Shown here one piece after another: positions 1 to 8,618 of a DNA stretch of 30,618 bases. The notes beneath the pieces were generated by a model. That model was not told the DNA's origin and made no database searches. It was given only the letters and a program-made list of their open reading frames with translations. Source of the DNA: a virus (lineage: Duplodnaviria; Heunggongvirae; Uroviricota; Caudoviricetes); the IMG/VR virus record IMGVR_UViG_2563366903_000024, one strand, 5' to 3'. Position numbers and translations under genes: made by a program. Numbering within the stretch: the stretch's first letter is position 1; each line of letters starts with the position of its first letter.

Positions 1-759
1 GTAATAAACCACCTGAAGCAGCACACGACGGCGTTCACGCTGAAGCCATTCGTTCTGCTGTCGATCCCATGACTGATACTCTTCCCATGCACTCATCAAC
101 GGACTGGGCTGGCCTTCAGTAACCATGGTATCGACAAAACCACGCCAGTCATCAATGGCATAATCGATAACCTGAGCCATTCCCGGAAATGTGGCTTTTG
201 CCTCATCGGTATCCATCCAGCGGCGGCGCATCAGCCAGCGGCAGTCACTTAAATCAGCCTCCCGGCTGAGCCAGTCCCAGAACACTTCATTCCGGCTGAC
301 AGTAGACACCTTAAACTCAGGCCCGAACGGATCGCTGTTCCGTCTGACCTCCACCCAGCTGAGCCCCGCTTTGATTTGTTCCGCATAGGCATCAGAACGG
401 GCTTTATTCATATTTCCAAGGCGGCAAGCATCGGCAAATTCAGCATTAATAGCTTCAGCCAGTTTTTCTGTTTCATCATCAGGATCATCTGATATCACCA
501 ACAGATCAGTCCGCGTTTTGGCCTCCATACCCAGAACACCATCAACGGTAGGCGCGATGAGGTTATGGATGGTCATCGGCTGACCGCGATCTTTCAACAC
601 CTGGAGAACTTCCGGTGGCAACTGGTCACCATCGTAATACGCACAGGCCTTGTTTGCGGCATCGCGCCATTTAGGCTGACTGTCAATATCAGAACAAAGC
701 GCCTGTAACTGGCGCTGAGAAAAACGCGGCGTGGCTCCGTTGTCGTTTTTCGTCGCCAT
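1..759 (-). CDS. Putative phage portal protein, N-terminal part (gene runs off the window edge)
   Basis: Minus-strand ATG at 759-757 opens a frame (MATKNDNGATPRFSQRQLQALCSDIDSQPKWRD...) that stays open to position 1. It lies directly after the terminase large subunit, the usual terS-terL-portal order. Identity rests on position only. Confidence 0.5.
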   Translation of the reverse strand, partial: MATKNDNGATPRFSQRQLQALCSDIDSQPKWRDAANKACAYYDGDQLPPEVLQVLKDRGQPMTIHNLIAPTVDGVLGMEAKTRTDLLVISDDPDDETEKLAEAINAEFADACRLGNMNKARSDAYAEQIKAGLSWVEVRRNSDPFGPEFKVSTVSRNEVFWDWLSREADLSDCRWLMRRRWMDTDEAKATFPGMAQVIDYAIDDWRGFVDTMVTEGQPSPLMSAWEEYQSWDRQQNEWLQRERRRVLLQVVYY

Positions 760-779
760 GGTATTAGTTTCATTTTTCA

Positions 780-2486
780 TCAGTGAGCCATCCAGTGTGT
801 GGTTCTGCGTTTATCCGTTTTCTGTTTTACCCTCACCGGCATTCTGGCGCGCATCTCCTGGGCAATCATGTAGCTCATAAGCTGATCATCAAAACAGCCT
901 TCCTGTGCATTCATGGAGCCTTTCGCGTCATAAACGTAGGTGTTCATTTCTGATAATGTGCCCGACCAGCGGATCCCCGACAGGCCGTTATTCAGCAGCG
1001 TTTTCATTCCCTCTGTCAGGACCGGTTTACTCTGGCGGGTTGTCAGCCAGCCAAGACGGGGCGTATCGTCGTCATATGCCTGGTCAAGGTGCTGTTCGTT
1101 GTAGATATAACGCGTCGGATAGAGTTCCCTGAGTTTCAGGATAACGGCATGTCCGTGATTGTTACGCTCCGGCCCCACAAACGCATTGTTGTACATACGG
1201 CAGACCTGCGCAATGAGATGAGCGAAAAGCTCCGCATCGAGATGACCAAACCAGTGAGCCACCTGCTCACCATTACTGCATCTGATGATATCCAGCGATG
1301 AGCGGTCTCCGTGCTCCAGCCCCTCAGCGGTATCCGCTCCGCATACATACTCTTCATCCGGATCCGGCAGCTCCCAGACCAGCAGATAATTCATCAGCGT
1401 CCGGTGCTGTTCGGCTTTATTCCCGTCACGCAGAGACTGCGCTTTGGTCTTCGTTCCTGTAACCGGTTCAATGTCATAAACAATCAGCGGTGGCGAACAG
1501 AATGACTCTGCCTGCAGCGTGCTTTCCGCACTGAACACCCGTCGTCCTGACGTCAGAAACGCCTCCTGTGGCGTTGAGGGAAATTCCTGCTTCATTTCCT
1601 CACGCTGTTCAGTTTCCTTGCAGATGTACCAGTGTTTCTGCTCATCGGTAAGCGTGATGTTCATTGCTTTTTCAACCGCAGAAAAATACGCTGTTTTTTC
1701 CCGTGACAGCTTAAGTCCGCTTTCCGGCACTCTGGCGCTGTATTTGAGATCCTGCCACCAGGCGTAAAAATGGAATTTATAATCCTGTGGCGTCAGCGCC
1801 AGTCCTGATGCAGTGATTTCCTGTGCCCGGTTACTCATCTCGTAAAAATCGCCACCCACACCTTCAGCAGTGGATTCATCAAAAATAATGCACTCATCAG
1901 AGACGGCATTAAGTGTACCGGTTCGCAGTTCTTTCGCCTTAGCCGGATATTTTGCGCAAATTTTGCCGTGCTCTGAGATATGCAGGCGCTGCACCGTACC
2001 TGAACGGAATGAGGTTGCCACCTGGATACTCGAGCCGTGACCAAACAGGATATAGCCACCGCTGGCTCCGCTACGACGTTCAACGATGGTGAATGAGGCT
2101 CTCAGCCAGTCAGGAAGATGATCAAACGGTACAGCAATTTTGGTGCGGAAAATTTCACTGGCAGCCTGTTTATCCTGAGCGACAATCCCGCATTTGAGAT
2201 GCGGTATGAATAATGCCTGGTCGAGAAGATAAATATCAATGGCCGTGGAAAACCCCAGCTGGCGTGCTTTCAGGATAATATTTTTATTGTGCATGCTCCG
2301 GAACAACTGGCGCTGCGCCGGTCGCATTCTGAAGGTGACCAGCTCACCTTTTTCGTTCTGTATCTTGTAGAGATGATTGAGCCGCCACCAGGGATTGCTC
2401 AGTTTTGTCATAATGAACAGACGTTGTTCGGTCTCAGTCATTTCTGACGGTTCATCACATCGCGGTTCATTCTTCCGGAATGTCAT
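780..2486 (-). CDS. terL: Terminase large subunit
   Basis: 568-aa ORF with a terminase-type ATPase motif (ILKARQLGFSTA). SD GGGGAGA lies 4 nt before the ATG at 2486. The start overlaps the terS stop by 20 nt. Confidence 0.85.
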   Translation of the reverse strand: MTFRKNEPRCDEPSEMTETEQRLFIMTKLSNPWWRLNHLYKIQNEKGELVTFRMRPAQRQLFRSMHNKNIILKARQLGFSTAIDIYLLDQALFIPHLKCGIVAQDKQAASEIFRTKIAVPFDHLPDWLRASFTIVERRSGASGGYILFGHGSSIQVATSFRSGTVQRLHISEHGKICAKYPAKAKELRTGTLNAVSDECIIFDESTAEGVGGDFYEMSNRAQEITASGLALTPQDYKFHFYAWWQDLKYSARVPESGLKLSREKTAYFSAVEKAMNITLTDEQKHWYICKETEQREEMKQEFPSTPQEAFLTSGRRVFSAESTLQAESFCSPPLIVYDIEPVTGTKTKAQSLRDGNKAEQHRTLMNYLLVWELPDPDEEYVCGADTAEGLEHGDRSSLDIIRCSNGEQVAHWFGHLDAELFAHLIAQVCRMYNNAFVGPERNNHGHAVILKLRELYPTRYIYNEQHLDQAYDDDTPRLGWLTTRQSKPVLTEGMKTLLNNGLSGIRWSGTLSEMNTYVYDAKGSMNAQEGCFDDQLMSYMIAQEMRARMPVRVKQKTDKRRTTHWMAH

Positions 2487-3318
2487 CCAGTCTCCCCGAA
2501 TTACTCATTTCATGCAGCGATGACACGATGTCACTGACAGGCGTAACAACGCCCCGACGCTGGCTGGTCAGAATATCGGTTTCCGCTCTGAGTTTATCTC
2601 TGGCAGCGTTGATTCTTTCCCGGTCAGCACGAAGTTTTGGTGCTGTTTCCGCCAGAACGTCCAGCGTCAACAATGAGCGTTCAATTGACTCGATACGGGC
2701 AATATTCCGGTCAAGGGCCTGTTCTGCTTTGAGTATTTTGTCGTACAGGGCAACACGGGTTTCCACGTCAGCCGCCTCTTTCAGGTCGGCGAACATTTTT
2801 TTCAGTGTTCCTGTTACTGAAAGTGCGCGGGCACGGGTGAACACCAGTTCATCGAACAGCACCATATCGGACGCATCATCCATGAGGTTATCTGCCTCAA
2901 GATACTTCGCATATCCACGGTGTCTCACGGCGTGGGTGTTACGGTCGCTAAACCGGGCAACGGGGTGAGGATTGCCCGATCTGCTGTTGCGTTTCGTTTC
3001 TGCCGAATTTGCGCAGTTTTTTGCGCATTTTTCATCACTGCCATCATCGCCGTAAGACTCGTCATTACTGGACTCGTCATCAGCTCCATGCGCATTTTTT
3101 TGTGCGCTTTTTTGAGTGTCAATTTGCGCACTTTTTTGCGCATTTTTCTGCGCACTTTCCTCTGTATTTTTGGGGGAGTTTTTGCGCAGTTTTATGTACC
3201 GACGAGCCGTGCCATAGCAGATATTGTTCTGTCGACACCAGTCCTGAAGTTTTATGCCAGTTCTGGCATGTTCGCGTCGGAATGCCTGCTCCAGTTTTTT
3301 CCAGTCCAGCTTTGCCAT
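2467..3318 (-). CDS. terS: Terminase small subunit (N-terminal HTH, low-complexity QKNAQKSAQ middle)
   Basis: 283-aa ORF immediately upstream of and overlapping terL. N-terminal HTH-like segment (NICYGTARRYIKL). Assignment by position and architecture. Confidence 0.6.
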   Translation of the reverse strand: MAKLDWKKLEQAFRREHARTGIKLQDWCRQNNICYGTARRYIKLRKNSPKNTEESAQKNAQKSAQIDTQKSAQKNAHGADDESSNDESYGDDGSDEKCAKNCANSAETKRNSRSGNPHPVARFSDRNTHAVRHRGYAKYLEADNLMDDASDMVLFDELVFTRARALSVTGTLKKMFADLKEAADVETRVALYDKILKAEQALDRNIARIESIERSLLTLDVLAETAPKLRADRERINAARDKLRAETDILTSQRRGVVTPVSDIVSSLHEMSNSGRLDDIPEE

Positions 3319-3619
3319 GTCACTTTCTGACGTCCTCTGTTAAAAACTGACGCATAATGACCGCTGTGATTTTTCAGAATTCACACAGCAGCGTCTTGTT
3401 TGATTGATATTTACACAATATGGTTGTTTTATCCGGTTTCTTCCACCACCGCACCGGACAGGCGGCCATGCGGGAAAACGCTCACGTTACCTGAAAACGT
3501 GGAAAGCCCGGTATGCATCGTTTTTGATTATCCCCACACACTCGCGCAGGAGGTCCAGTGTCTGGCTGAGGTCTCTGTTAATGCGGGAATACTGCGACGA
3601 TACGGCGCATCAGCAAAAC

Positions 3620-4087
3620 TTATTTCAGGCACTGAGTGCTGATATATTCCTGTGCCCCTTCCAGCTGCTTCTGCATCGTCATCAACCGCTCTCTGAGGGT
3701 GAAATAATCCCGTTCAGCGGTGTCTGCCAGTCGGGGGCCGGTTGCATTATCCACGCCGGAGGTGCCGGTGGCTTCACGCACGGTACCGGAGCAGGTGGCG
3801 TTGATCCGCAGGCGCTTACGACCAGCAGCAACATCAGCACGCAGAGTTTCATTTTCAGCTCTCGCATCGGCTAATTCCCTCGAGTATTTTGCATCGAGCG
3901 CAGCAACATCGCGCTGGCGCACCTGCATATCAGTAATGGTGGCGTTTGCCAGCTCCAGCTCTCTGGCTTTTTTATCGCGCTGCGCTTTGTAGGTGATGGC
4001 GTTATCGCGGTAATGGTCTGTTGCCAGCCACAGCGCACCACAGCCACCCGCCAGGACAATAATCACCACACGCAGAACACGGCTCAT
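3620..4087 (-). CDS. Rz: Rz i-spanin (inner-membrane spanin)
   Basis: 155-aa protein with an N-terminal TM segment and strong resemblance to lambda Rz (…[16 protein letters not shown]…DVAALDAKY…[15 protein letters not shown]…MQKQLEG…). Confidence 0.9.
   Translation of the reverse strand: MSRVLRVVIIVLAGGCGALWLATDHYRDNAITYKAQRDKKARELELANATITDMQVRQRDVAALDAKYSRELADARAENETLRADVAAGRKRLRINATCSGTVREATGTSGVDNATGPRLADTAERDYFTLRERLMTMQKQLEGAQEYISTQCLK
3682..3867 (-). CDS. Rz1: Rz1 o-spanin lipoprotein, embedded in Rz in another frame
   Basis: 61-aa ORF wholly inside Rz. Lipobox VVSAC and proline-rich body ([30 protein letters not shown]), closely like lambda Rz1. Confidence 0.85.
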   Translation of the reverse strand: MRELKMKLCVLMLLLVVSACGSTPPAPVPCVKPPAPPAWIMQPAPDWQTPLNGIISPSESG

Positions 4088-4094
4088 CTCTCTT

Positions 4095-4229
4095 TCACCC
4101 CACCAGTCCCGATAACGTCAGGACTCGCCAGGCGGTGGAAAAGAAAATGGCAACCAGCATTAGTGAAAATGAAATGCCGACAATTACACAGAGGATCTTC
4201 GCCAGCGTTATGAGTTTGTCTGACATGCT
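4095..4229 (-). CDS. Small single-pass membrane protein (44 aa) between endolysin and Rz
   Basis: ATG at 4229 preceded by SD AGGGAGGA. Product [35 protein letters not shown]… has one hydrophobic helix. Stop lies 8 nt before the Rz start. Confidence 0.35.
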   Translation of the reverse strand, partial: SMSDKLITLAKILCVIVGISFSLMLVAIFFSTAWRVLTLSGLVG

Positions 4230-4240
4230 TAATCCTCCCT

Positions 4241-4423
4241 TCACGATTTCAACGCAATGACCAGTTTTGCCAGCCCATACAGCATCGGGGACACAGCAAC
4301 ACCGACCGCCACCCACTTAATGGCAAAAGCCAGTGCTCTGCTGATGTCATCAGTTACAGGCGCTTTCAGTTCAAGGCCGTTTTTCATAGTCAACCTCAAC
4401 AGAATTCGTTTATACTTTTCCAT
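4241..4423 (-). CDS. Small hypothetical protein (60 aa) with C-terminal hydrophobic segment
   Basis: Internal ATG of track ORF 4241..4456, preceded by AGGGAG. Product MEKYKRILLRLTMKNGLELKAPVTDDISRALAFAIKWVAVGVAVSPMLYGLAKLVIALKS. Start is uncertain. Confidence 0.3.
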   Translation of the reverse strand: MEKYKRILLRLTMKNGLELKAPVTDDISRALAFAIKWVAVGVAVSPMLYGLAKLVIALKS

Positions 4424-4462
4424 GTTCTCCCTTGCCTTATCCAAGGTCAGAAACACAAAACC

Positions 4463-4492
4463 CCGCTTGCAGCCAACAAACGGGGTTTTTAC
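4463..4492. terminator. Hairpin flanked by T/A-rich runs on both strands, between endolysin and the downstream small ORFs
   Basis: aaCCCCGcttgcagccaacaaaCGGGGtt with T-rich flank on the plus strand and on the reverse complement. Stem is short and loop long, so this is weak. Confidence 0.3.
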
Positions 4493-4579
4493 TTTTATTC
4501 ACTTAGTTTTTGTCAGTTCGCAGGATTTCGTGTTATCCGTCCGTGTGAGCAAACCGCATTTTTCAGCAAAATATTCTGC

Positions 4580-5113
4580 TTATCTGTCAATTCCCCAGCA
4601 CGCCAGCGCGCTCTCCTGGTCACGCCGCGATACCTGCCCGTAACAGTTATTTGAGCGATTCCGACAGTCCCTGCCGCCGTCATATATCCATCGGCGGATT
4701 TCAGCACATCCACCTTTCCGGTCTCCGGCGTTCAGTTTCCGGTAAAACGTTGAGGTGAAGCATTTCGAAGGCCCGATGTTGTACGGACAGAATGACGCGA
4801 TCCCCGCTTTCTGGGGTTCAGTCAGTGGCAATTTGATGTTTTTCTCCACCCATGCCAGCGCCTTATCACGTTCAATGGCATTAACCTGAGCGCATTTTTC
4901 CTTCGACAACTTCATGCCCGGGACGACAGGTTTGCCATCCACCATGATGGCACCACGGCAGATGGTCCAGATCCCCGCACCATCACGGTATGCCGTGGTG
5001 TGGTTACCTTCTTTTTCGTCAAGAAACTGGTCGAGGATTTCAGGCGCAGAAGCACCTGTGGCAATCAGCGCCAGAACGGCTACCGATAAACCATAGTGGA
5101 GTTTCCTGCTCAT
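4580..5113 (-). CDS. R: SAR endolysin (phage lysozyme with N-terminal signal-anchor-release domain)
   Basis: 177-aa protein with an N-terminal hydrophobic Gly/Ala-rich segment (LSVAVLALIATGASAP) followed by a lysozyme body. Sits directly downstream of the pinholin, as in phage 21 and the DLP12 RrrD type. Confidence 0.85.
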   Translation of the reverse strand: MSRKLHYGLSVAVLALIATGASAPEILDQFLDEKEGNHTTAYRDGAGIWTICRGAIMVDGKPVVPGMKLSKEKCAQVNAIERDKALAWVEKNIKLPLTEPQKAGIASFCPYNIGPSKCFTSTFYRKLNAGDRKGGCAEIRRWIYDGGRDCRNRSNNCYGQVSRRDQESALACWGIDR

Positions 5114-5117
5114 CAGC

Positions 5118-5333
5118 TTACTCTCCCCGCGCAGCTTTGCGCCGGTCTTCTTTAATTTTGAAATACAGATTCGTCAGGTATGTCAGGAACCCCAGACACA
5201 GGCTCCCCAAAACCCCGATAGCAGCCCACTGTGACGGAGTAACCTGATCCAACCACTGTAGAAACCAGTAACCCGCACTGCCCGCAGAAGTACCATAGGC
5301 TATGCCCGTTGATATTTTTTCCATCTGATACAT
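5118..5333 (-). CDS. S: Class II pinholin, S21 family, with dual-start motif
   Basis: 71-aa protein [45 protein letters not shown]…[14 protein letters not shown], near-identical in pattern to phage 21 S. Met1 and Met4 give the dual-start antiholin/holin arrangement. Confidence 0.9.
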   Translation of the reverse strand: MYQMEKISTGIAYGTSAGSAGYWFLQWLDQVTPSQWAAIGVLGSLCLGFLTYLTNLYFKIKEDRRKAARGE

Positions 5334-5363
5334 ATCCCCGCCCCGACAGACCTGTGCTACCGG

Positions 5364-5398
5364 AAATAAAAAAGGCCATCAGTGTTTTACTGATGGCC
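5364..5398 (-). terminator. Rho-independent terminator upstream of the lysis cassette
   Basis: 10-bp perfect stem GGCCATCAGT / ACTGATGGCC with 5-nt loop, followed on the minus strand by CTTTTTTTAT. Confidence 0.6.
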
Positions 5399-5409
5399 CT
5401 GCCCCGCCG

Positions 5410-5700
5410 TTACAGCATTGTGCCCGGTTCGGGTTGTGTGTCTGTCATATCCGTCACCGGTGACTCCGGCTGAATATCACCATTTTCCGTGGTGACATCT
5501 TCCGCCTGTGGTTCCGGAAGCAGTTCCGGGGATGGTTCCGGCTGTGCACCAAGCAATTCATCCAGAATTGAATCCACTTCTGCATCAAGACGCTCTTCCA
5601 GATTCTGGCGGAGTTTTTGTTTCAGGACGCTTCTGACTTCTTCAGAGCGAATGACTTCCTTCACTGCCTCAGCAGTGACCAGTTGTTTTATATCTGTCAT
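5410..5700 (-). CDS. Hypothetical acidic protein (about 96 aa)
   Basis: Start chosen at internal ATG 5700 (MTDIKQLVTAEAVKEV…). The 58-residue N-terminal extension in the track ORF has odd composition. Weak SD. Confidence 0.3.
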   Translation of the reverse strand: MTDIKQLVTAEAVKEVIRSEEVRSVLKQKLRQNLEERLDAEVDSILDELLGAQPEPSPELLPEPQAEDVTTENGDIQPESPVTDMTDTQPEPGTML

Positions 5701-5725
5701 GAGATTTTCTCGTTGAAAGGGGTTA

Positions 5726-5920
5726 TTAAGAAGGTTGTTCCGGAATGAGTGGGGCTTCTGTTTTTGCTCCGGCTGACTGAGTGGCGCTGATTTTCTCAGC
5801 GGCCCTTTTGTCAATCTGTCTGCGCCAGAAGTCGCGTACTGCCCTGTATCCACCTGAAAGAAGATACAGCACACAGACCGCCGTACAGAAGTACAGCATC
5901 ACCTGATGAATAAATGTCAT
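5726..5920 (-). CDS. Hypothetical small membrane protein (64 aa)
   Basis: ORF with a hydrophobic N-terminal half (MTFIHQVMLYFCTAVCVLYLLSGG…). No strong SD. Confidence 0.3.
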   Translation of the reverse strand: MTFIHQVMLYFCTAVCVLYLLSGGYRAVRDFWRRQIDKRAAEKISATQSAGAKTEAPLIPEQPS

Positions 5921-6055
5921 AGTTTCTTACCGTTATGGTTGACAATGAGAACTGTTTTCATTTAAAAAACCGATATACGAAAGCATCTTTTCTTTACATT
6001 CTCCATTGGGATTACCTCCGCCAGCTTCCGTTCCTGCCGCTGGCGGCTTTTTTTA

Positions 6056-8008
6056 TCATGCCGCGGCATCCGCGTTGTTCACTTCCACCTTCACACTGTC
6101 AATCAGCAGCGTATATGTCGCCGCCTTTGATATGCCTGTCAGTTGCAGTTTGTCCGCCGCCCCTGATGCCGGAGATTTCACCAGTGTGAACGGCGTCCCC
6201 CGTTTCTCATCCAGTACCGGCGTCACCTGAATGCTGTTGTTTCCGGCAAACTCAAAAGCCAGTGTGTGCCATCCGTTATCAAAGACCCCGAACGTATCCA
6301 GCTTCGCATTCGGCTTCTTGTGGTGCATCGCGTTCAGGTTCGTCGCATCCGTCTGCAGGAAGAAGGACATCAGCATGTCGTTGCCTTCCTCTGCCAGCGT
6401 CACTCCCTCCGGCAGGGACGACAACTGCCAGTAAATGCCCAGGGCAAACTGATTCGGCACCAGTGAACCCGGCAACTTAAACCGTACGCTCACACGTCCC
6501 CCCTTCTTCAGTAACTCCACTCCCTGTCCGGCTGCATCATGCTCCAGAAACCAGATGTGGTTTTCCGGTTTATTCAGTTGCAGGGCCTTACCTCCCGTAG
6601 CCCCCGCATCACTGACCACCGCTTCAGCAATGTTTTTGTTAACATTGTCTCCGCTCGCCGGTTTGTGATAATAGCGCCAGCCCTGTGATGCCAGGTCTTC
6701 GCCGGACGCCAGCAGACTCATCAGGGTTCGGTTACTGACCGGGGCTTCCGGCTCTCTCTCCGTACCTTCACCGGAGGGTCCGGTGGGCTTCACCGTATCA
6801 GGCTGTTTTCCGGTAATGAATTCAGCGGTTCTCCCGGCATGCACAAGAATCGCCGTTGCCAGACGGTCGGAAATAATCCCACGACGTGCCCATGATCCAA
6901 AATGCGTTTTACGGTCAGCCGTCGTCCAGGTTTTGGCGTCCGTTCGACCACCGGCTCCGTAATACCCAATATCCGCAACATCCGGATCTTCTGACGGCTC
7001 GTTGGTACCCACATTTCGCCCGTTTTCATCCGTCATAAACGGCACAAAGAAGATTTTTTTTGCGGATTTCGTCTTGTATGCACCATACACCGCATCGTAT
7101 TGCGAAGAATAAGTCTGCTTCCAGTAGTAGGTCGTGTCGCCACAAATCCAGGGAACCGATGACGGAGAGCCCCCGAGACACTGACCTCCGAATTCCGACA
7201 GGTCAGAACGATATTTTTCCACCATGGAATCAAACAGCCCCGGCTGACTGGCGTACGCTCCCTGTTTTAAATCAAACTCGCCCTGCATCCAGACCACTGC
7301 AAGCAGAATATTTTTAGGGTTAGCCTTCAGTGCGGCCTGAGTACGGGTAAGCAGGTCCTTGTACAGTGGCTTATCTACACCCCAGCGTGCCGAGGTCTCG
7401 CTTGCGCCGGTGGATTCGCTGAAAGTACCTTCATCGCCCGCCAAAAATGCAGAACCACCACGGCAGCACGGAACCAGAAGAATACCGGCATTCGCCGGAA
7501 TAAACGGCAACAATTTCTTCGCGATATGTAATCCCTGCCCCACGCATCCATACTGAGCTGCGCTGGCTTTCGGGTGTGAAAACTTACTCAAATCCTGAAC
7601 ATCATGCAGGCAGTGGTCCGCAGGAATAATGTCATTGTAGTTACAGGACGCACCACCCGGCGTGACAGTGCTGCGACGCGCCAGCTGTTTAATACGCGGG
7701 TCCGGACGGTCATATGTCTCCGGCAGCGGAAGCCCTTCACCATACGCCATACCGTTTGACTGCCCGGCCAGAGCGATTACGAAGTAGTATTCCGGCTCAC
7801 CGATCACTGTCTCGTTATCACCAGGTGAAGCAGGAGTGAGCACATCATTTTCACTCACGACTGGCTGAATAAATTCCGCGCCATAACCTGCTGTCGAAAT
7901 AATCGGACTGCCAAACGGCTGCCAGCCTTCCTTCAGTTTTTGTGTCAGTCGCTCCGCAAGGTCTGAAGGCGAAGCAGCCCTGACCACATCATAATGTTTA
8001 AATGCCAT
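6056..8008 (-). CDS. nanS-p: SGNH-hydrolase esterase resembling prophage NanS-p sialate O-acetylesterase
   Basis: 650-aa ORF with SD GGGAGGA before the ATG and a GQSN SGNH-hydrolase motif (ALAGQSNGMAYGEG). The N-terminus (MAFKHYDVVRAASPSDLAE…) matches my recollection of the large ORF downstream of stx in Stx phages. Confidence 0.7.
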   Translation of the reverse strand: MAFKHYDVVRAASPSDLAERLTQKLKEGWQPFGSPIISTAGYGAEFIQPVVSENDVLTPASPGDNETVIGEPEYYFVIALAGQSNGMAYGEGLPLPETYDRPDPRIKQLARRSTVTPGGASCNYNDIIPADHCLHDVQDLSKFSHPKASAAQYGCVGQGLHIAKKLLPFIPANAGILLVPCCRGGSAFLAGDEGTFSESTGASETSARWGVDKPLYKDLLTRTQAALKANPKNILLAVVWMQGEFDLKQGAYASQPGLFDSMVEKYRSDLSEFGGQCLGGSPSSVPWICGDTTYYWKQTYSSQYDAVYGAYKTKSAKKIFFVPFMTDENGRNVGTNEPSEDPDVADIGYYGAGGRTDAKTWTTADRKTHFGSWARRGIISDRLATAILVHAGRTAEFITGKQPDTVKPTGPSGEGTEREPEAPVSNRTLMSLLASGEDLASQGWRYYHKPASGDNVNKNIAEAVVSDAGATGGKALQLNKPENHIWFLEHDAAGQGVELLKKGGRVSVRFKLPGSLVPNQFALGIYWQLSSLPEGVTLAEEGNDMLMSFFLQTDATNLNAMHHKKPNAKLDTFGVFDNGWHTLAFEFAGNNSIQVTPVLDEKRGTPFTLVKSPASGAADKLQLTGISKAATYTLLIDSVKVEVNNADAAA

Positions 8009-8186
8009 GAATCCTCCCGGCCGGGATAGTGGGTTGAATCAGATAAGGACTGACTGAAGTCTGAAAATACAAAAGACAACTGCCAGTAAAAACGAAAAGG
8101 CCGCGCAGTTGCGCAGTCTCATCACCATCGGGTATTATTCACACGGTGAATAATCGAAACTCACTTTCTTTGTTTTATTCCTTGCC

Positions 8187-8215
8187 GCTCGCGCCTCCCG
8201 GCGCGGGCTTTTTTT
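8187..8215 (+). terminator. Rho-independent terminator on the plus strand (antisense to the late genes)
   Basis: GC-rich stem GCTCGCGCC / GGCGCGGGC with tccc loop, followed by a run of 7 T. Confidence 0.5.
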
Positions 8216-8221
8216 GCATGT

Positions 8222-8250
8222 AAAAAGGCCCCTGCGATGAGGGGCCTGAG
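8222..8250 (-). terminator. Rho-independent terminator downstream of the RM specificity gene
   Basis: 8-bp stem AGGCCCCT / AGGGGCCT with 6-nt loop, followed on the minus strand by TTTTTAC. Confidence 0.45.
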
Positions 8251-8618
8251 AGTATTACCTGGTTTCAGTTAACTGCATAGTGCCGGGTGCCTCCCGGTGA
8301 GTTCAGCCCGGTGCCACCGAACCCGCGTCTTTCACATTGCCTGTGACATTAAAAATGCCAGCCCGCACCAGCCGCCCCGCCGCTGAGGGGGATTCACCAT
8401 GCGTTGCGATTTTTAACAAATTCACCGCCAGCCAGACAATCATCAACTTGCTGAATTGTGAGGTATTTAAAAATTTCCCCGATTAACTGATACCCTGCTA
8501 ACCACCTGTTGTTTTCTTTTTCAGCAACAAAAAAGCCCGCTCATCGGCGGATTCGGCTGCGTGGCAATGTAACCATTCTTATCATGATATGAGGATTTTT
8601 ACGATTGTAAAATGTTTT

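Noticed and set aside
905-2083. Plus-strand and nested minus-strand ORFs inside terL (905..1132, 1089..1301, 1311..1505, 1519..1767, 1835..2083)
   Set aside because: All fall within the well-supported terL frame; no SD or family resemblance.
2480-3350. Plus-strand ORFs 2480..2968, 2920..3330 and 3009..3350
   Set aside because: Shadow ORFs antisense to terS with low-complexity products driven by the coding-strand repeats.
5701-5874. N-terminal 58 residues of track ORF 5410..5874
   Set aside because: Atypical composition and it would overlap the upstream ORF; the internal ATG at 5700 is preferred.
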